Assembly: GCA_964506615.1 (NCBI GenBank)
Contig: CAZDLC010000001.1
Coordinates: forward strand, 1 to 49,138
Source: an uncultured archaeon
GTDB lineage: Archaea > Aenigmatarchaeota > Aenigmatarchaeia > CG10238-14 > SCSR01
Reading direction: 5' to 3'
DNA length: 49,138 nucleotides
In this document: positions 1 to 9,065 of the stretch, one piece after another
Layout of the letters: the number at the start of each line of letters is the position of its first letter
Numbering within the stretch: position 1 is the first letter of the stretch
Program-made: the position numbers and the translations under genes
The notes under the pieces: generated by a model
What the model saw: only the letters and a program-made list of their open reading frames with translations
Told to the model about the DNA's origin: nothing
The model's database searches: none

Positions 1-1
1 A

Positions 2-403
2 TCAACTGTAATAGCAACTATATTGATGTTAATGATAACAATAGCATTAGCAGGAATGGCTTACATGTATATTTCAGGAGTGTTCACGCCAATGACCCAA
101 GGAATAGAAATAGCCGATGCTTATTGTGAGGAAGGTCCCGATACGGCGGTTTTTGTTGTCAGAAATATAGGAACACAACCTATCTCCCTTCCCGATGGAA
201 TAACAGTTACACAAACATCTCCCTCAGGAGCAACTGTGTCTATGACATGGGAGAAACCTACCGGAGGAGGTGCCACAGAGATTGCTCCTGGAGGTATAGT
301 TATAGGAAAAGATGACTGCGAGGGCTCTGGTGGAAGAACTTGTATGTATAGATTTACTCCAGCGATGGGCAGGACCGTCACAGGATCAGTTTATTGTACA
401 TAA
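2..403 (+). CDS. Archaeal type IV pilin-like protein (class III signal peptide type), 5' end cut by the window edge
   Basis: The frame of ORF 23..403 stays open back to base 2. It reads STVIATILMLMITIALAGMAYMYISG, the hydrophobic N-terminal helix typical of archaeal pilins and archaellins. The rest is Gly/Thr/Pro-rich with 4 Cys. Local GC is about 44% by hand count, against about 30% elsewhere. Confidence 0.6.
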   Translation, partial: STVIATILMLMITIALAGMAYMYISGVFTPMTQGIEIADAYCEEGPDTAVFVVRNIGTQPISLPDGITVTQTSPSGATVSMTWEKPTGGGATEIAPGGIVIGKDDCEGSGGRTCMYRFTPAMGRTVTGSVYCT

Positions 404-491
404 AATTTTGAATTTTCTCTTTTTTTAAATAAATTTACAATAGCCCAAGAAATTCTTTTTAAAGACATTTTTTACGTCTCTGATTTTTACC

Positions 492-1748
492 TCATTTTAT
501 TTTCCCATATCCTATTAATCTCCACCTTCCTGCTATTTGCCTAGAAATTACTGCCTTTTCTCCTTCTTCAGCACAAACAGGAATTTTTAAGTCAAGCTCA
601 ATTTCATCCTTTTTCACACTTTTAACTATGGCTAAACTTCTTGCAGTTCCTATGTTTATTAGCAAATTCTCATTAACTTTTATAGGTTCTAAAACTTGAA
701 GTTCTTTTGAACCAACAACCCTTTCCAAGAAATTAACTTCTAAAATTAAGTTTTCCCTTACTTCTGGTAATTTCCCAGGAAAACCTACAACACTTCCTAC
801 CAAAGAATCTGATTTTGTTAAGAAAGGATCTAATTCTGTTAAAACACCTAGCAAACCTCCTGGTCCTGCTTCTTCCAAATTCATCCCAGCCTTTTGCAAC
901 CCTTTTACTTTTGTAAACAAGCTTTCATATTTTCCATTTATCTTTATTCCAGGCCTTATTTCAATTTCATCTTCTATTTTCAATTTTCCTTGAATTATCC
1001 CTCCTCCTAATACGCCCCCTTTCAAATCTTTTGGTTTTGTTCCTGGCTTGTTAATGTCAAAGCTTCTTGCAACCAGCATTCTTAAATCCTTACTTTCATC
1101 TCTTTTAGGAGTAGGAATAAAATTTTCTATGGCTTCAATTACGTAATGGATATTAATCCTTTGCTGGGCTGAAACAGGAATTATCGGAGCATTTTCTATT
1201 GAACTGCCTTTAATAAATTCTTTTATTTCTTCATAATTTTCTAAAGCTCTTTCCTTAGAAACTAAATCTATTTTATTTTGAACTATTACAACATTTTTTA
1301 TACCAACAATTTCCAAAGCTTTTAAATGTTCCCTTGTTTGAGGTTGAGGACATTTTTGATTTGCAGCTATAACAAGTAGAGCGCCGTCCATTAAAGAAGC
1401 TCCTGTTAAAACTGTTGCCATTAAAGTTTCATGCCCAGGAGCATCTACAAAGCTAACAGTCCTTAAAATTTCACAATCAGAAAAGCAATATGGGCATTTT
1501 TGGCTAGAGCAATATTTTCCGCAATTCTTACATTTATAAAAAGTTGCATCTGCATATCCTAACCTTATTGTTATTCCTCTTTTTAATTCTTCTGAATGAG
1601 AAAGGGTAAGCTTACCAGTTAAAGCATAAGTTAAAGTAGTTTTTCCGTGAGCGACATGGCCTACCATTCCTATGTTTACTTCAGGAATTAGCTTTGGATT
1701 TATTTTAACTAGTTTTTCCACTTTTCTCACTTTCCTTTTTTTCTTCAC
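492..1748 (-). CDS. eif2g: Translation initiation factor aIF2 gamma subunit
   Basis: G1 motif GHVAHGKTTL, DAPGHE, NKIDL, and the 4-Cys knuckle CKNCGKYCSSQKCPYC. The annotated start is a GTG inside AGGTGA, so the true start may be a few codons downstream. Overlaps the 3' end of rps6e. Confidence 0.95.
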   Translation of the reverse strand: MKKKRKVRKVEKLVKINPKLIPEVNIGMVGHVAHGKTTLTYALTGKLTLSHSEELKRGITIRLGYADATFYKCKNCGKYCSSQKCPYCFSDCEILRTVSFVDAPGHETLMATVLTGASLMDGALLVIAANQKCPQPQTREHLKALEIVGIKNVVIVQNKIDLVSKERALENYEEIKEFIKGSSIENAPIIPVSAQQRINIHYVIEAIENFIPTPKRDESKDLRMLVARSFDINKPGTKPKDLKGGVLGGGIIQGKLKIEDEIEIRPGIKINGKYESLFTKVKGLQKAGMNLEEAGPGGLLGVLTELDPFLTKSDSLVGSVVGFPGKLPEVRENLILEVNFLERVVGSKELQVLEPIKVNENLLINIGTARSLAIVKSVKKDEIELDLKIPVCAEEGEKAVISRQIAGRWRLIGYGKIK

Positions 1749-2169
1749 CTTTCTCTTCTTTAACTTCAGGCTTTTTTTCTTCCTTCTTTTTCACAGGAAC
1801 AATTTCTTCAATCGGCTTTTCTCCTTTCTTCACAATTTTACAATTTATCTGAACAATATCTTCGCTTATAGTATTTCCTCTAACAGTTTTCCTTCTTCTT
1901 TCACCCTTTTTTCTAGGATGGAAGCACGGCGGCCCAGTTAAAAGAACTTTTTTTCTTGCGCTACCTTCTACTTGAGGATGCATTGGAAAGCCATCTTTAT
2001 CTGTTCCTCCAGTAATTTTTAAAACATATCCCTGCAAACCTATTAAATCACCGTTAAATTCCTCTCCTATCTTTTTTCCAATTAATCCCAAAACTTTACT
2101 TTGCTCTACCTCTAACTGAAAACTTCTTCTTGTTTCTGGATCAGAAACGACAAACTTAACTGTTGCCAT
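1705..2169 (-). CDS. rps6e: Ribosomal protein S6e (eS6) with a Lys/Glu-rich C-terminal tail
   Basis: MATVKFVVSDPETRRSFQLEV...GGTDKDGFPM...RKTVRGN matches the archaeal S6e pattern. The ATG at 2169 is preferred over the upstream GTG at 2178. A TATA-like ATTTATAAA lies just upstream. Confidence 0.9.
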   Translation of the reverse strand: MATVKFVVSDPETRRSFQLEVEQSKVLGLIGKKIGEEFNGDLIGLQGYVLKITGGTDKDGFPMHPQVEGSARKKVLLTGPPCFHPRKKGERRRKTVRGNTISEDIVQINCKIVKKGEKPIEEIVPVKKKEEKKPEVKEEKGEEKKESEKSGKTS

Positions 2170-2226
2170 ATTCTTCACTTTATAAATTATTCTTAAAAAA
2201 CTTTCAAATATTTATTATTAAAGAAT

Positions 2227-3336
2227 TTGAGTTTGTTTATAAGTGATGAAATGAAGAAGCCAATTATAGATCCTTGGGGTGCAGTTTTGTTTAAAGATTA
2301 TCAAAAAATAATTAAAAATTTTGGTATAACTCCTTTCGATGAAGAGATTTTAAGCAAATTACCCAATCCAAACAAACTTATGAGAAGGTTTGTTGTTTTT
2401 GGACATCAAGATTTGGAAAGAATTGTTGAAGCTATGGAGAAAAAGGAAGAATTTTGTGTTGTTAGTGGAATTATGCCTTCTGCTGAAAAACTTCATCTTG
2501 GGAATAGATTAGTAGTTGAAATGGTTAAGTACTTTCAAGACCAAGGAGGGAAAACCTATCTTTTAGTTGCAGATTTAGAAGCTTTAGCAACAAGAGGTAT
2601 TTCCTTGGAAGAAGCTGAAAGAAGAGCAATTGAATTTTACATTCCAGCTTACATCGCCTTAGGGCTTGATCCAAAAAATACAAATTTTTATTTTCAGTCA
2701 AAAAATGAAGTTGTTAAAAATTTAGCTTATGAATTTTCAACAAAACTAACGATGAATGAATTTAGAGCTATTTATGGAGAAATAAATGCTGCAAAAATAA
2801 TGTCAGTTTTAACGCAGATAGGCGATATACTCCATCCACAACTTAAAAAACCGATGCCAACAATAGTGCCTGTGGGTCCAGACCAATCTTGCCATATAAG
2901 AGCTACTAGAGATGTTGCAAGAAGGTATAAAAAATATAAATTCATTTTACCTTCAGCAACTTACCATAAATTTACTCCAAGCTTAGACGGAGAAATAAAA
3001 ATGAGTAAGAGTAGACCTGGAAGCTACATATCAATTCCAGAAGATCCTGAAACTGCTGCTAAAAAAATAATGAATGCTGTAGATGGTGGAAGAAAAACTG
3101 CAGCCGAGCAAAAAAGGCTTGGTGGCGAACCGGAAAAATGCATAGTTTTTGAAATTTTTAAGCAGCATTTAATAGAAGATGATAAAGAGCTGGATGAAAT
3201 TTATAATAAGTGCAAGAGTGGTGGATTACTTTGCGGTGAATGTAAAGCGAATGCAGCCAAACTCATAAAAAAATTCATGGAAGATTTTAACAAAAAATTT
3301 GAGAAAGCAAAAGATCAAGCTAAAAAGTTATTCTAA
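2227..3336 (+). CDS. trpS: Tryptophanyl-tRNA synthetase (class I)
   Basis: HIGH-type motif LHLGN and KMSKS. The GGRKTAAEQKRLGGEPEKC block and the PSAEKLHLGN...YFQDQ layout resemble archaeal/eukaryotic TrpRS rather than TyrRS. The track start at 2227 is TTG; the first ATG in frame is at 2251. Confidence 0.85.
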   Translation: MSLFISDEMKKPIIDPWGAVLFKDYQKIIKNFGITPFDEEILSKLPNPNKLMRRFVVFGHQDLERIVEAMEKKEEFCVVSGIMPSAEKLHLGNRLVVEMVKYFQDQGGKTYLLVADLEALATRGISLEEAERRAIEFYIPAYIALGLDPKNTNFYFQSKNEVVKNLAYEFSTKLTMNEFRAIYGEINAAKIMSVLTQIGDILHPQLKKPMPTIVPVGPDQSCHIRATRDVARRYKKYKFILPSATYHKFTPSLDGEIKMSKSRPGSYISIPEDPETAAKKIMNAVDGGRKTAAEQKRLGGEPEKCIVFEIFKQHLIEDDKELDEIYNKCKSGGLLCGECKANAAKLIKKFMEDFNKKFEKAKDQAKKLF

Positions 3337-3390
3337 CTCTTAACAAGTCTGGAAATTTAAATATAGAACGAAAAAAATAAGAATAAGAAG

Positions 3391-4134
3391 ATGAAAGAGA
3401 AACTCATTATTTTAAAAGAAGTTAGCAATCCTTTAATTAGCGTAATAATTCCTACTTTGAACGAAGAAAAATATATAGAAAAGACTTTGCTTTCTGTCAA
3501 AGCCCAAACATTCAAAAAGTCTTATGAGATAATAGTAAGCGACGGAAAAAGCAAAGATAATACAGTAGAAATAGCAAAAAAGTACGCTAATAAAATAGTT
3601 ATTTGCAATAAGAAAGGTATAAGCTTGGGAAGAAACTTAGGGGCTAAATATGCAGAAGGAAAATTTTTGGTATTTCTTGATGCCGATACTTTACTTCTTC
3701 CAAATGGTTTAGAAGAAATTTTTAAAGAAGTAAAAAAGAAAAATGTTGCCCTAGTTTCTTGTCCTGTTATTCCATCATCCTATAGCCCATTTAATTACTT
3801 TCTTTACTCCCTTTATAATTACTCAGCAAAGCAATCGATTAAAATGGGTAAGCCAAAGATAGCTGGAATGATAATGGCAACAAAAAAAGAATTATTTTGG
3901 CAAGTTAATGGATTTAATGAAAAAATGAAAATATGCGAAGACTTGGATTTTTCTGAAAGAATTTCTAAACTTGGAAAAATTAAAGTTACTGAAAAAACTT
4001 TTGCAATAACTTCAGATAGAAGAATAAAAAAATGGGGTAAGTTTAAAGGTGCTCTAAAATATTTGGGCTTATACCTTGGCTATCTTTTAACAAAAAAGGA
4101 TATAGGCGCAAGTACCTACGAACCAATAAGATAG
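3391..4134 (+). CDS. Family 2 glycosyltransferase
   Basis: VIIPTLNEEKYIEKTLLSV, EIIVSDGKSKDNT and the FLDADT (DxD) motif are typical of the GT2 fold. Confidence 0.8.
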   Translation: MKEKLIILKEVSNPLISVIIPTLNEEKYIEKTLLSVKAQTFKKSYEIIVSDGKSKDNTVEIAKKYANKIVICNKKGISLGRNLGAKYAEGKFLVFLDADTLLLPNGLEEIFKEVKKKNVALVSCPVIPSSYSPFNYFLYSLYNYSAKQSIKMGKPKIAGMIMATKKELFWQVNGFNEKMKICEDLDFSERISKLGKIKVTEKTFAITSDRRIKKWGKFKGALKYLGLYLGYLLTKKDIGASTYEPIR

Positions 4135-4163
4135 TTTTAATATTTTAAACTAAATTAAAAATT

Positions 4164-5657
4164 ATGGAAAAAATTGTTGAGAAGCTTCATCCTACTGAAA
4201 AGAAAATAATTAAAATTTTGGAAAAGTTGGAAAAAGCAGATTCGCATAAAATTTCTGAGGAAACTGGCATAAAAAAAGATGAAGTAGAAAAGGCAAGCTT
4301 ATGGGCAAAGTTAAAGGGTATGTTGAGTTTTAAGGAAGAAAAAGAATATTTTTTTGAATTAAGTAAGGAGGGAGAAGAATATTTAAAAGAAGGTTTGCCG
4401 GAAAAAAATTTAATAAAGCTTGTTGAAAAAGGGATAAATTCTGTCGAGGAAATTAAGAAAAAGTATAGGAAAAGTGAAATAGGGATAATTTGGGCTAAGA
4501 AGCATGGATGGATAACAATAGAAAAAGGGAAAATAAATTTAACAAAAAGCGGAAAAGGGATATTAGAAAAGGAAATTGAGCAAGAAAAACTTTTAAAAGA
4601 GCTTTCAAAAGGAAGGAAAAAATTAGAAGAGATTGGATTTAAAAAAGAAATATTGGAGGAATTCTTAAAGAGAAAGCTTGTGAGAAAAATAGAGGAAAAG
4701 AAGAAAATATTTTTTCTCACAGATTTAGGAAAAAAGCTTGCACCTTTAATTAAAATAGAAGAAGAGATAGACCAATTAACTCCAGAAATAATAAAATCAA
4801 AAGAGTGGGAAAAAAAGAAGTTGAGAAAGTATGATGTTTTTCTTCCAACTCCAAAGGTTTATCCAGGAAAAATTCATCCTTACAGAAAAATCATAGATGA
4901 AATAAGAGAAAAGCTTTTGAGCTTAGGCTTTGTTGAAGTTAGAGGCCCCTTAGTTGAATTAAACTTCTGGAATTGTGATGTTCTTTTTATGCCGAGCGAC
5001 CATCCAGCAAGAGGAATTCATGACATTTTTAGCGTAAAGTATCCGAAGCATGGGAAAGTTTTGGATAAGCAACTTTGGGAAAGGGTAAAAGCAACTCATG
5101 AAAATGGTTGGATAACAAAAAGTAAAGGATGGGGCAAATGGGATTTTGAGCTTGCGAGAAAGCTTATTTTAAGAAGCCACTGTACAGCTGTTTCTGCAAG
5201 GGCTTTATATAAAATTAAAAAAGAGGATTTGCCCATAAAAATTTTTACCATAGATAAAGTTTTTAGGCCAGATGTTATAGATGCTAAGCATTTCATAGAG
5301 TTTGAGCATTGCGATGGAATAGTTATTAGCGAGGAAGTTAATTTTAAAAATTTGCTTTTTTACTTGAAGGAGATTGCATTAACTGTTGGGGCAGAAAAAA
5401 TAAAATTTAAACCTAGCTATTTTCCTTTTACAGAGCCTAGTGTGGAAGGACTTGTTTATTATCCAAAGCATGGATGGATAGAATTTTGTGGTGCAGGAAT
5501 TTTTAGGCCAGAAGTTACTTTACCTTTGGGTGTAGATGTACCTGTTTTAGCTTGGGGAATTGGTGTTGGAAGACTAGCTATGATAAAACTTGGAATAGAT
5601 GATATTAGACAACTTCATTCAACAGACTTAGATTGGCTAAGGAAAAAGGTGGTTTAA
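4164..5657 (+). CDS. pheS: Phenylalanyl-tRNA synthetase alpha subunit (archaeal type)
   Basis: N-terminal winged-helix repeats followed by a class II core (FMPSDHPARG, FRPD, GAGIFRPEV, AWGIGVGRLAM). Confidence 0.9.
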   Translation: MEKIVEKLHPTEKKIIKILEKLEKADSHKISEETGIKKDEVEKASLWAKLKGMLSFKEEKEYFFELSKEGEEYLKEGLPEKNLIKLVEKGINSVEEIKKKYRKSEIGIIWAKKHGWITIEKGKINLTKSGKGILEKEIEQEKLLKELSKGRKKLEEIGFKKEILEEFLKRKLVRKIEEKKKIFFLTDLGKKLAPLIKIEEEIDQLTPEIIKSKEWEKKKLRKYDVFLPTPKVYPGKIHPYRKIIDEIREKLLSLGFVEVRGPLVELNFWNCDVLFMPSDHPARGIHDIFSVKYPKHGKVLDKQLWERVKATHENGWITKSKGWGKWDFELARKLILRSHCTAVSARALYKIKKEDLPIKIFTIDKVFRPDVIDAKHFIEFEHCDGIVISEEVNFKNLLFYLKEIALTVGAEKIKFKPSYFPFTEPSVEGLVYYPKHGWIEFCGAGIFRPEVTLPLGVDVPVLAWGIGVGRLAMIKLGIDDIRQLHSTDLDWLRKKVV

Positions 5658-7306
5658 TGCCAACTTTAAGTTATAATAAGAATGATTTGATTTCTTTAGT
5701 AGGGAAAAAAATGAGCGATAAGGAGCTGGAAGAAATAATAAATTTAATTAAACCAAGTGTTGAGGAAATAAGAGGAGAGGAAATAATAATAGAGCAATGT
5801 GCTGACAGGCCTGATTTGTTCGGAATAGAAGGTTTGGCAAGAGCTATAAGGAGTTATTTGGGAATAGAAACTGGAGTTAAAAAATATGTTTTGGAAAACC
5901 CAAGCATAAGCATAACAGCAGAAATAGTTAAGCAAAGACCTTTTATTGGAGCTGCTGTTGTTAGAAATTTTAAGGCAAGCGATAAAGCTATAGAAAGTTT
6001 GATGAATATTCAAGAAGTTCTGCACGAAACTATGGGAAAGAAAAGGGAAAAGGTAGCTATAGGAATTCATGATTTTGATAAGATCTTTCCTCCGATAAAG
6101 TATACTCAAGTAAAAGGAGATGAAAGAATGATTCCCTTAGGAGAAAAAGAAGAAATGAGCCTGAAAGAAATTTTAGAAAAAACTGAAAAGGGAAAGAAGT
6201 ATAAGCACTTAATTGCAGATTCATCTTTCCCAGCCTATGTTGATTCTAAGGGAATTTTTAGTTTCCCTCCTATTTTAAATTCTGAAAGAACAAGAGTAAC
6301 AGAAAAAACGAAAAATTTATTAATAGAACTTACTGGTACAGAGAAAAAGTTAATAAATCAGGTTTTAACAATTCTTGTAACTAACTTTGCTGAAAGAGGA
6401 TGTAAAATAGAAAGTGTAAAAATTAGGTATCCGGGAAAAACTGAAGTAACACCTGAGCTTAAAGAAGAAGTTTTAGAGCTTAATTTAAAAGATGTGAAAA
6501 AAATTCTTGGCCTAGATTTAAGTCCAAAAGAAATTATAAAACTTCTGGAGAGGATGGGATATGATGCAACTCTAATAAAAGAAAAGCTGGAAGTTGTAAT
6601 TCCTTGTTACAGGTTTGATATACTCCATCCAGTTGATTTGATAGAGGATATAGCAATAGCTTATGGTTATAATAACTTTAAGCCTGAACCACCAAATATA
6701 TTCTCAAAGGGGAAATTCCTAGAAATAGAAAAAATTTGCTCAAAAGCTAGGGAATTAATGATAGGCTTCGGATTTCAAGAGGTAATTAGACCAATTTTAA
6801 CGAACAAAAATAAGCAGTTCGATAAAATGGGCTTGAAGGAAGAAGATGTTATTGAGATAGAAAATTTTGTTTCTGAGGAATATACTTGCATGAGAAAATG
6901 GATTTTACCTGGCTTAATAGAATTTTTATCATTCAATAAGCATGTTGAATATCCTCAAAAAATATTTGAAATTGGAGATGTTGTTCTTCCAGATGAAAAA
7001 GAAGAAACTATGAGCAAGAGTTTAAGAAAAATTGCATTCCTGACAAGCCATTCTAAAGCAAGTTTCTCTGAAATAAAATCCTTTACAGAAAGTTTTTTAA
7101 CAAATTTTGGAATTGAATTTAAAATCGATGAACTTAAGCACAATTCCTTTATAGAAGGAAGAGTTGCAAAAATTGTTTTTGATAAAAAGGAAATTGGATT
7201 TTTTGGCGAAATTTCACCTTCAGTTTTAGAAAAATGGGAAATCGAAATGCCTGTTGCTGCATGTGAAATTGAGTTAGAAGCTTTACTTGAGCATCCAATT
7301 TACTAG
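5657..7306 (+). CDS. pheT: Phenylalanyl-tRNA synthetase beta subunit (archaeal type)
   Basis: MPTLSYNKNDL start and B3/4 and B5 domain-like regions. The ATG overlaps the pheS TAA (TAATG) and is preceded by AAGGTGG. The ORF also stays open back to the ATG at 5633. Confidence 0.9.
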   Translation: MPTLSYNKNDLISLVGKKMSDKELEEIINLIKPSVEEIRGEEIIIEQCADRPDLFGIEGLARAIRSYLGIETGVKKYVLENPSISITAEIVKQRPFIGAAVVRNFKASDKAIESLMNIQEVLHETMGKKREKVAIGIHDFDKIFPPIKYTQVKGDERMIPLGEKEEMSLKEILEKTEKGKKYKHLIADSSFPAYVDSKGIFSFPPILNSERTRVTEKTKNLLIELTGTEKKLINQVLTILVTNFAERGCKIESVKIRYPGKTEVTPELKEEVLELNLKDVKKILGLDLSPKEIIKLLERMGYDATLIKEKLEVVIPCYRFDILHPVDLIEDIAIAYGYNNFKPEPPNIFSKGKFLEIEKICSKARELMIGFGFQEVIRPILTNKNKQFDKMGLKEEDVIEIENFVSEEYTCMRKWILPGLIEFLSFNKHVEYPQKIFEIGDVVLPDEKEETMSKSLRKIAFLTSHSKASFSEIKSFTESFLTNFGIEFKIDELKHNSFIEGRVAKIVFDKKEIGFFGEISPSVLEKWEIEMPVAACEIELEALLEHPIY

Positions 7307-8056
7307 TGAATCTATTAAGCTAAAGGATAATTTTCTTTTTTCCTTAAACGGGATTCCTTCGAGAAGGTGAGCTAGCTTTTTAATTTCAAAAGAGGCAGAG
7401 GAATCCGGATAAATCTGTAGTAAAGGTCTTCTCATGGATATGCTTTTAGAAACATTCGAATCTTCTGGTATTTCAACGAGAACAGGATAGCCGGTAATTT
7501 CCTCTACTTTTTCCTTACTTAGCTCAAAGCTTTTTCTTCCAACTCTGTTTAAAACTATTCCTGCAACTTTCTTGTGGATAGAAACTGCAAGTTTTGCAAT
7601 TTTACTTGCATCTAAAACACTAGGCATGTCAGGATTTGCTACTATTAAGATTTCTTGGGCAGATGAAATTGAGGAAAGGGATTCTCTCCCAAGGCCTGGA
7701 GCAGAATCTAAAAGTATGTAATCATAATTGCCTAAAAGATTCAAAATTATTTCTGGCAATTTTCCAACATCAACTTCTTGTAAATCCATTAAGTTCAAGC
7801 TTCCTGGAAGGACTTTGAAGCCAAATGGATGGGGATATAAAGCATCTTTAAGAGTAGAGCCCCTTAAAACATCATGCAAAGTTATTGGAGCAAATTGTGT
7901 TCCAAGATGTAAGCCTAAATGGGGAGTAGATAAATTAGCATCTATAGCCACAACTTCTTCGCCAAGCTCTGCCAGAGCATAAGCTAAATTCGCAGTCAAA
8001 AATGTTTTTCCAACTCCACCTTTTCCAGAAGCTAAGGCAATTATCCTTGTCATCAA
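7283..8056 (-). CDS. MinD/ParA-family P-loop ATPase
   Basis: Deviant Walker A motif SGKGGVGKT near the N-terminus, an LDSAPG switch region, and a size of about 257 aa. Confidence 0.8.
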   Translation of the reverse strand: MMTRIIALASGKGGVGKTFLTANLAYALAELGEEVVAIDANLSTPHLGLHLGTQFAPITLHDVLRGSTLKDALYPHPFGFKVLPGSLNLMDLQEVDVGKLPEIILNLLGNYDYILLDSAPGLGRESLSSISSAQEILIVANPDMPSVLDASKIAKLAVSIHKKVAGIVLNRVGRKSFELSKEKVEEITGYPVLVEIPEDSNVSKSISMRRPLLQIYPDSSASFEIKKLAHLLEGIPFKEKRKLSFSLIDSLVNWMLK

Positions 8057-8122
8057 ATATAATTTAGGTTTTAAGGTATAAAACTTATGGAATAAGAGTT
8101 AGAAAAACTTTCCAAAAGAAAA

Positions 8123-8131
8123 TTTTATAAA
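8123..8131 (+). promoter_or_regulatory. TATA-box candidate for the RNase P RNA gene
   Basis: TTTTATAAA is centred about 27 nt upstream of the predicted RNA 5' end at 8154. The background is AT-rich, so specificity is low. Confidence 0.3.
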
Positions 8132-8153
8132 TTCTTAAATTATTAATTTTTTA

Positions 8154-8412
8154 GGCGAGCTGACAGGGTAGCTTCGCCCTTGTTCCAAAACAAGGGTGAG
8201 GAAGTTCCCTCCATCGAGAGCGCTTCGAAAGAAGCAGGCCGAGAGGTCTTCGTCAGGATCAGAAACGACACCCTTTAGCTTCGCTAACTATGAGTGAAAA
8301 ATGAGTTGAAGCTAAAGGGATGAAACGGCCTGACGAGCTCGATGAGATGCAAGCCCTAGAGCGCTTAGACAAATGCTACCTTAAACAGAAGAGGGGCTAC
8401 TGTCAGCACGCC
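8154..8412 (+). ncRNA. rnpB: RNase P RNA (archaeal), compact at about 259 nt
   Basis: A GC-rich island in AT-rich DNA. The 5' GGCGAGCUGACAG pairs with the 3' CUGUCAGCACGCC (P1), and GUAGC pairs with GCUAC (P2). P3 hairpin is CCCUUGUU/AACAAGGG. CR-I-like GAGGAAGUUCC is present. A perfect 12-bp P12-like stem is CCCUUUAGCUUC/GAAGCUAAAGGG. GGGAUGAAACGG and the CR-V-like AAACAGAAGAGGGGCUAC are also present. An oligo-T run follows. Confidence 0.85.
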
Positions 8413-8453
8413 TTTTTTCTTTTTAAAAAATAATTTTAATATTAGGTGAAAGT

Positions 8454-8882
8454 TTGGACATAACTTTACTTGTGATAATTTCTTTATCAACCATCACAGG
8501 CTTGATAGGAACTGTTTTTGGGCTTTTTCTGCTTTACCTTTCTTTAAAAATAAAAACCGAATTTCGCGAAGTGTTAAGATACGAAATAGATAAAAACAGA
8601 AAGTTATACCAGTTTCTTCGCGAAAAAGGAGGTGCTACGATAGTTGAAATAATTAGAAAAATGGAGGGAATACCAATAGACCATCCAGAATTTCCTATAA
8701 AAGGAATGAAGTGGGAAAAAATTTTAAGCGAAAGAGTTAAAGGTGATGTTAAAACTCTTGTGTTTTCAGGAGGGAAGTATTTTTTATCTGATGAAGTAAA
8801 AAGATTTTTTAAGTACGATGATCCAAGCGTTAGAGATTTATTAGAATACATTTATTTGAAGTACATAAAAAGAAGCATGTGA
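8454..8882 (+). CDS. Hypothetical membrane-anchored protein, possibly with a winged-helix-like segment
   Basis: TTG start 4 nt after AGGTGA. N-terminal TM helix (LLVIISLSTITGLIGTVFGLFLLYL). I recognised no family. Confidence 0.45.
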   Translation: MDITLLVIISLSTITGLIGTVFGLFLLYLSLKIKTEFREVLRYEIDKNRKLYQFLREKGGATIVEIIRKMEGIPIDHPEFPIKGMKWEKILSERVKGDVKTLVFSGGKYFLSDEVKRFFKYDDPSVRDLLEYIYLKYIKRSM

Positions 8883-8987
8883 GGTTAAGTACGAGGTTTA
8901 GATTTTTTGGCTTTCCAGGAAGCTTAGAAAAGCCCCTGAAAAGCTGTAGTCCTATGGACTACTGAAATCTAAACTTCCTCCTTAACC
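8883..8987 (+). ncRNA. Unassigned structured element (candidate small RNA, or a MITE-like inverted repeat)
   Basis: 8883-8889 pairs with 8981-8987 (7 bp). A 3x3 internal loop follows. 8893-8905 then pairs with 8965-8977 (13 bp including one G-U). This closes a junction holding two hairpins: 8909-8914/8929-8934 (6 bp) and a perfect 7-bp hairpin 8946-8952/8956-8962. GC is higher than in the flanks. The strand is not determined. Confidence 0.35.
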
Positions 8988-9065
8988 CCATTAATAAGTT
9001 GTTTTACTCGCTTATAAACTTTTCCGATTTTCAATTTTATTAAAAAATTAAAAGAAAAAAATATT

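Noticed and set aside
121-381. 86-aa minus-strand ORF inside the pilin-like gene
   Set aside because: It is an antisense shadow of a GC-richer coding region. It has no motif and lies entirely within a better-supported plus-strand gene.
1672-1941. 89-aa plus-strand ORF rich in Phe/Leu/Ser
   Set aside because: It is the antisense reading of the Lys/Glu-rich S6e and aIF2 gamma coding sequence. The low-complexity F/L/S composition is typical of shadows in AT-rich genomes.
4187-4720. 177-aa minus-strand ORF within pheS, plus similar antisense ORFs at 5096..5296, 5744..6109, 6955..7143, 7636..7982 and 8534..8851
   Set aside because: All are Phe/Ser/Leu/Ile-rich antisense shadows of well-supported genes.
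8883-8987. Possibility that the structured element is a 5S rRNA (it contains GGAAGCUUAG, reminiscent of the 5S GGAAGUUAAGC) or a tRNA or tRNA half
   Set aside because: Only about 60 nt lie inside the long closing helix, too few for helices II-V of 5S. There are no loop E or loop C features, no T-arm GTTCGAAT-type motif, and no cloverleaf.
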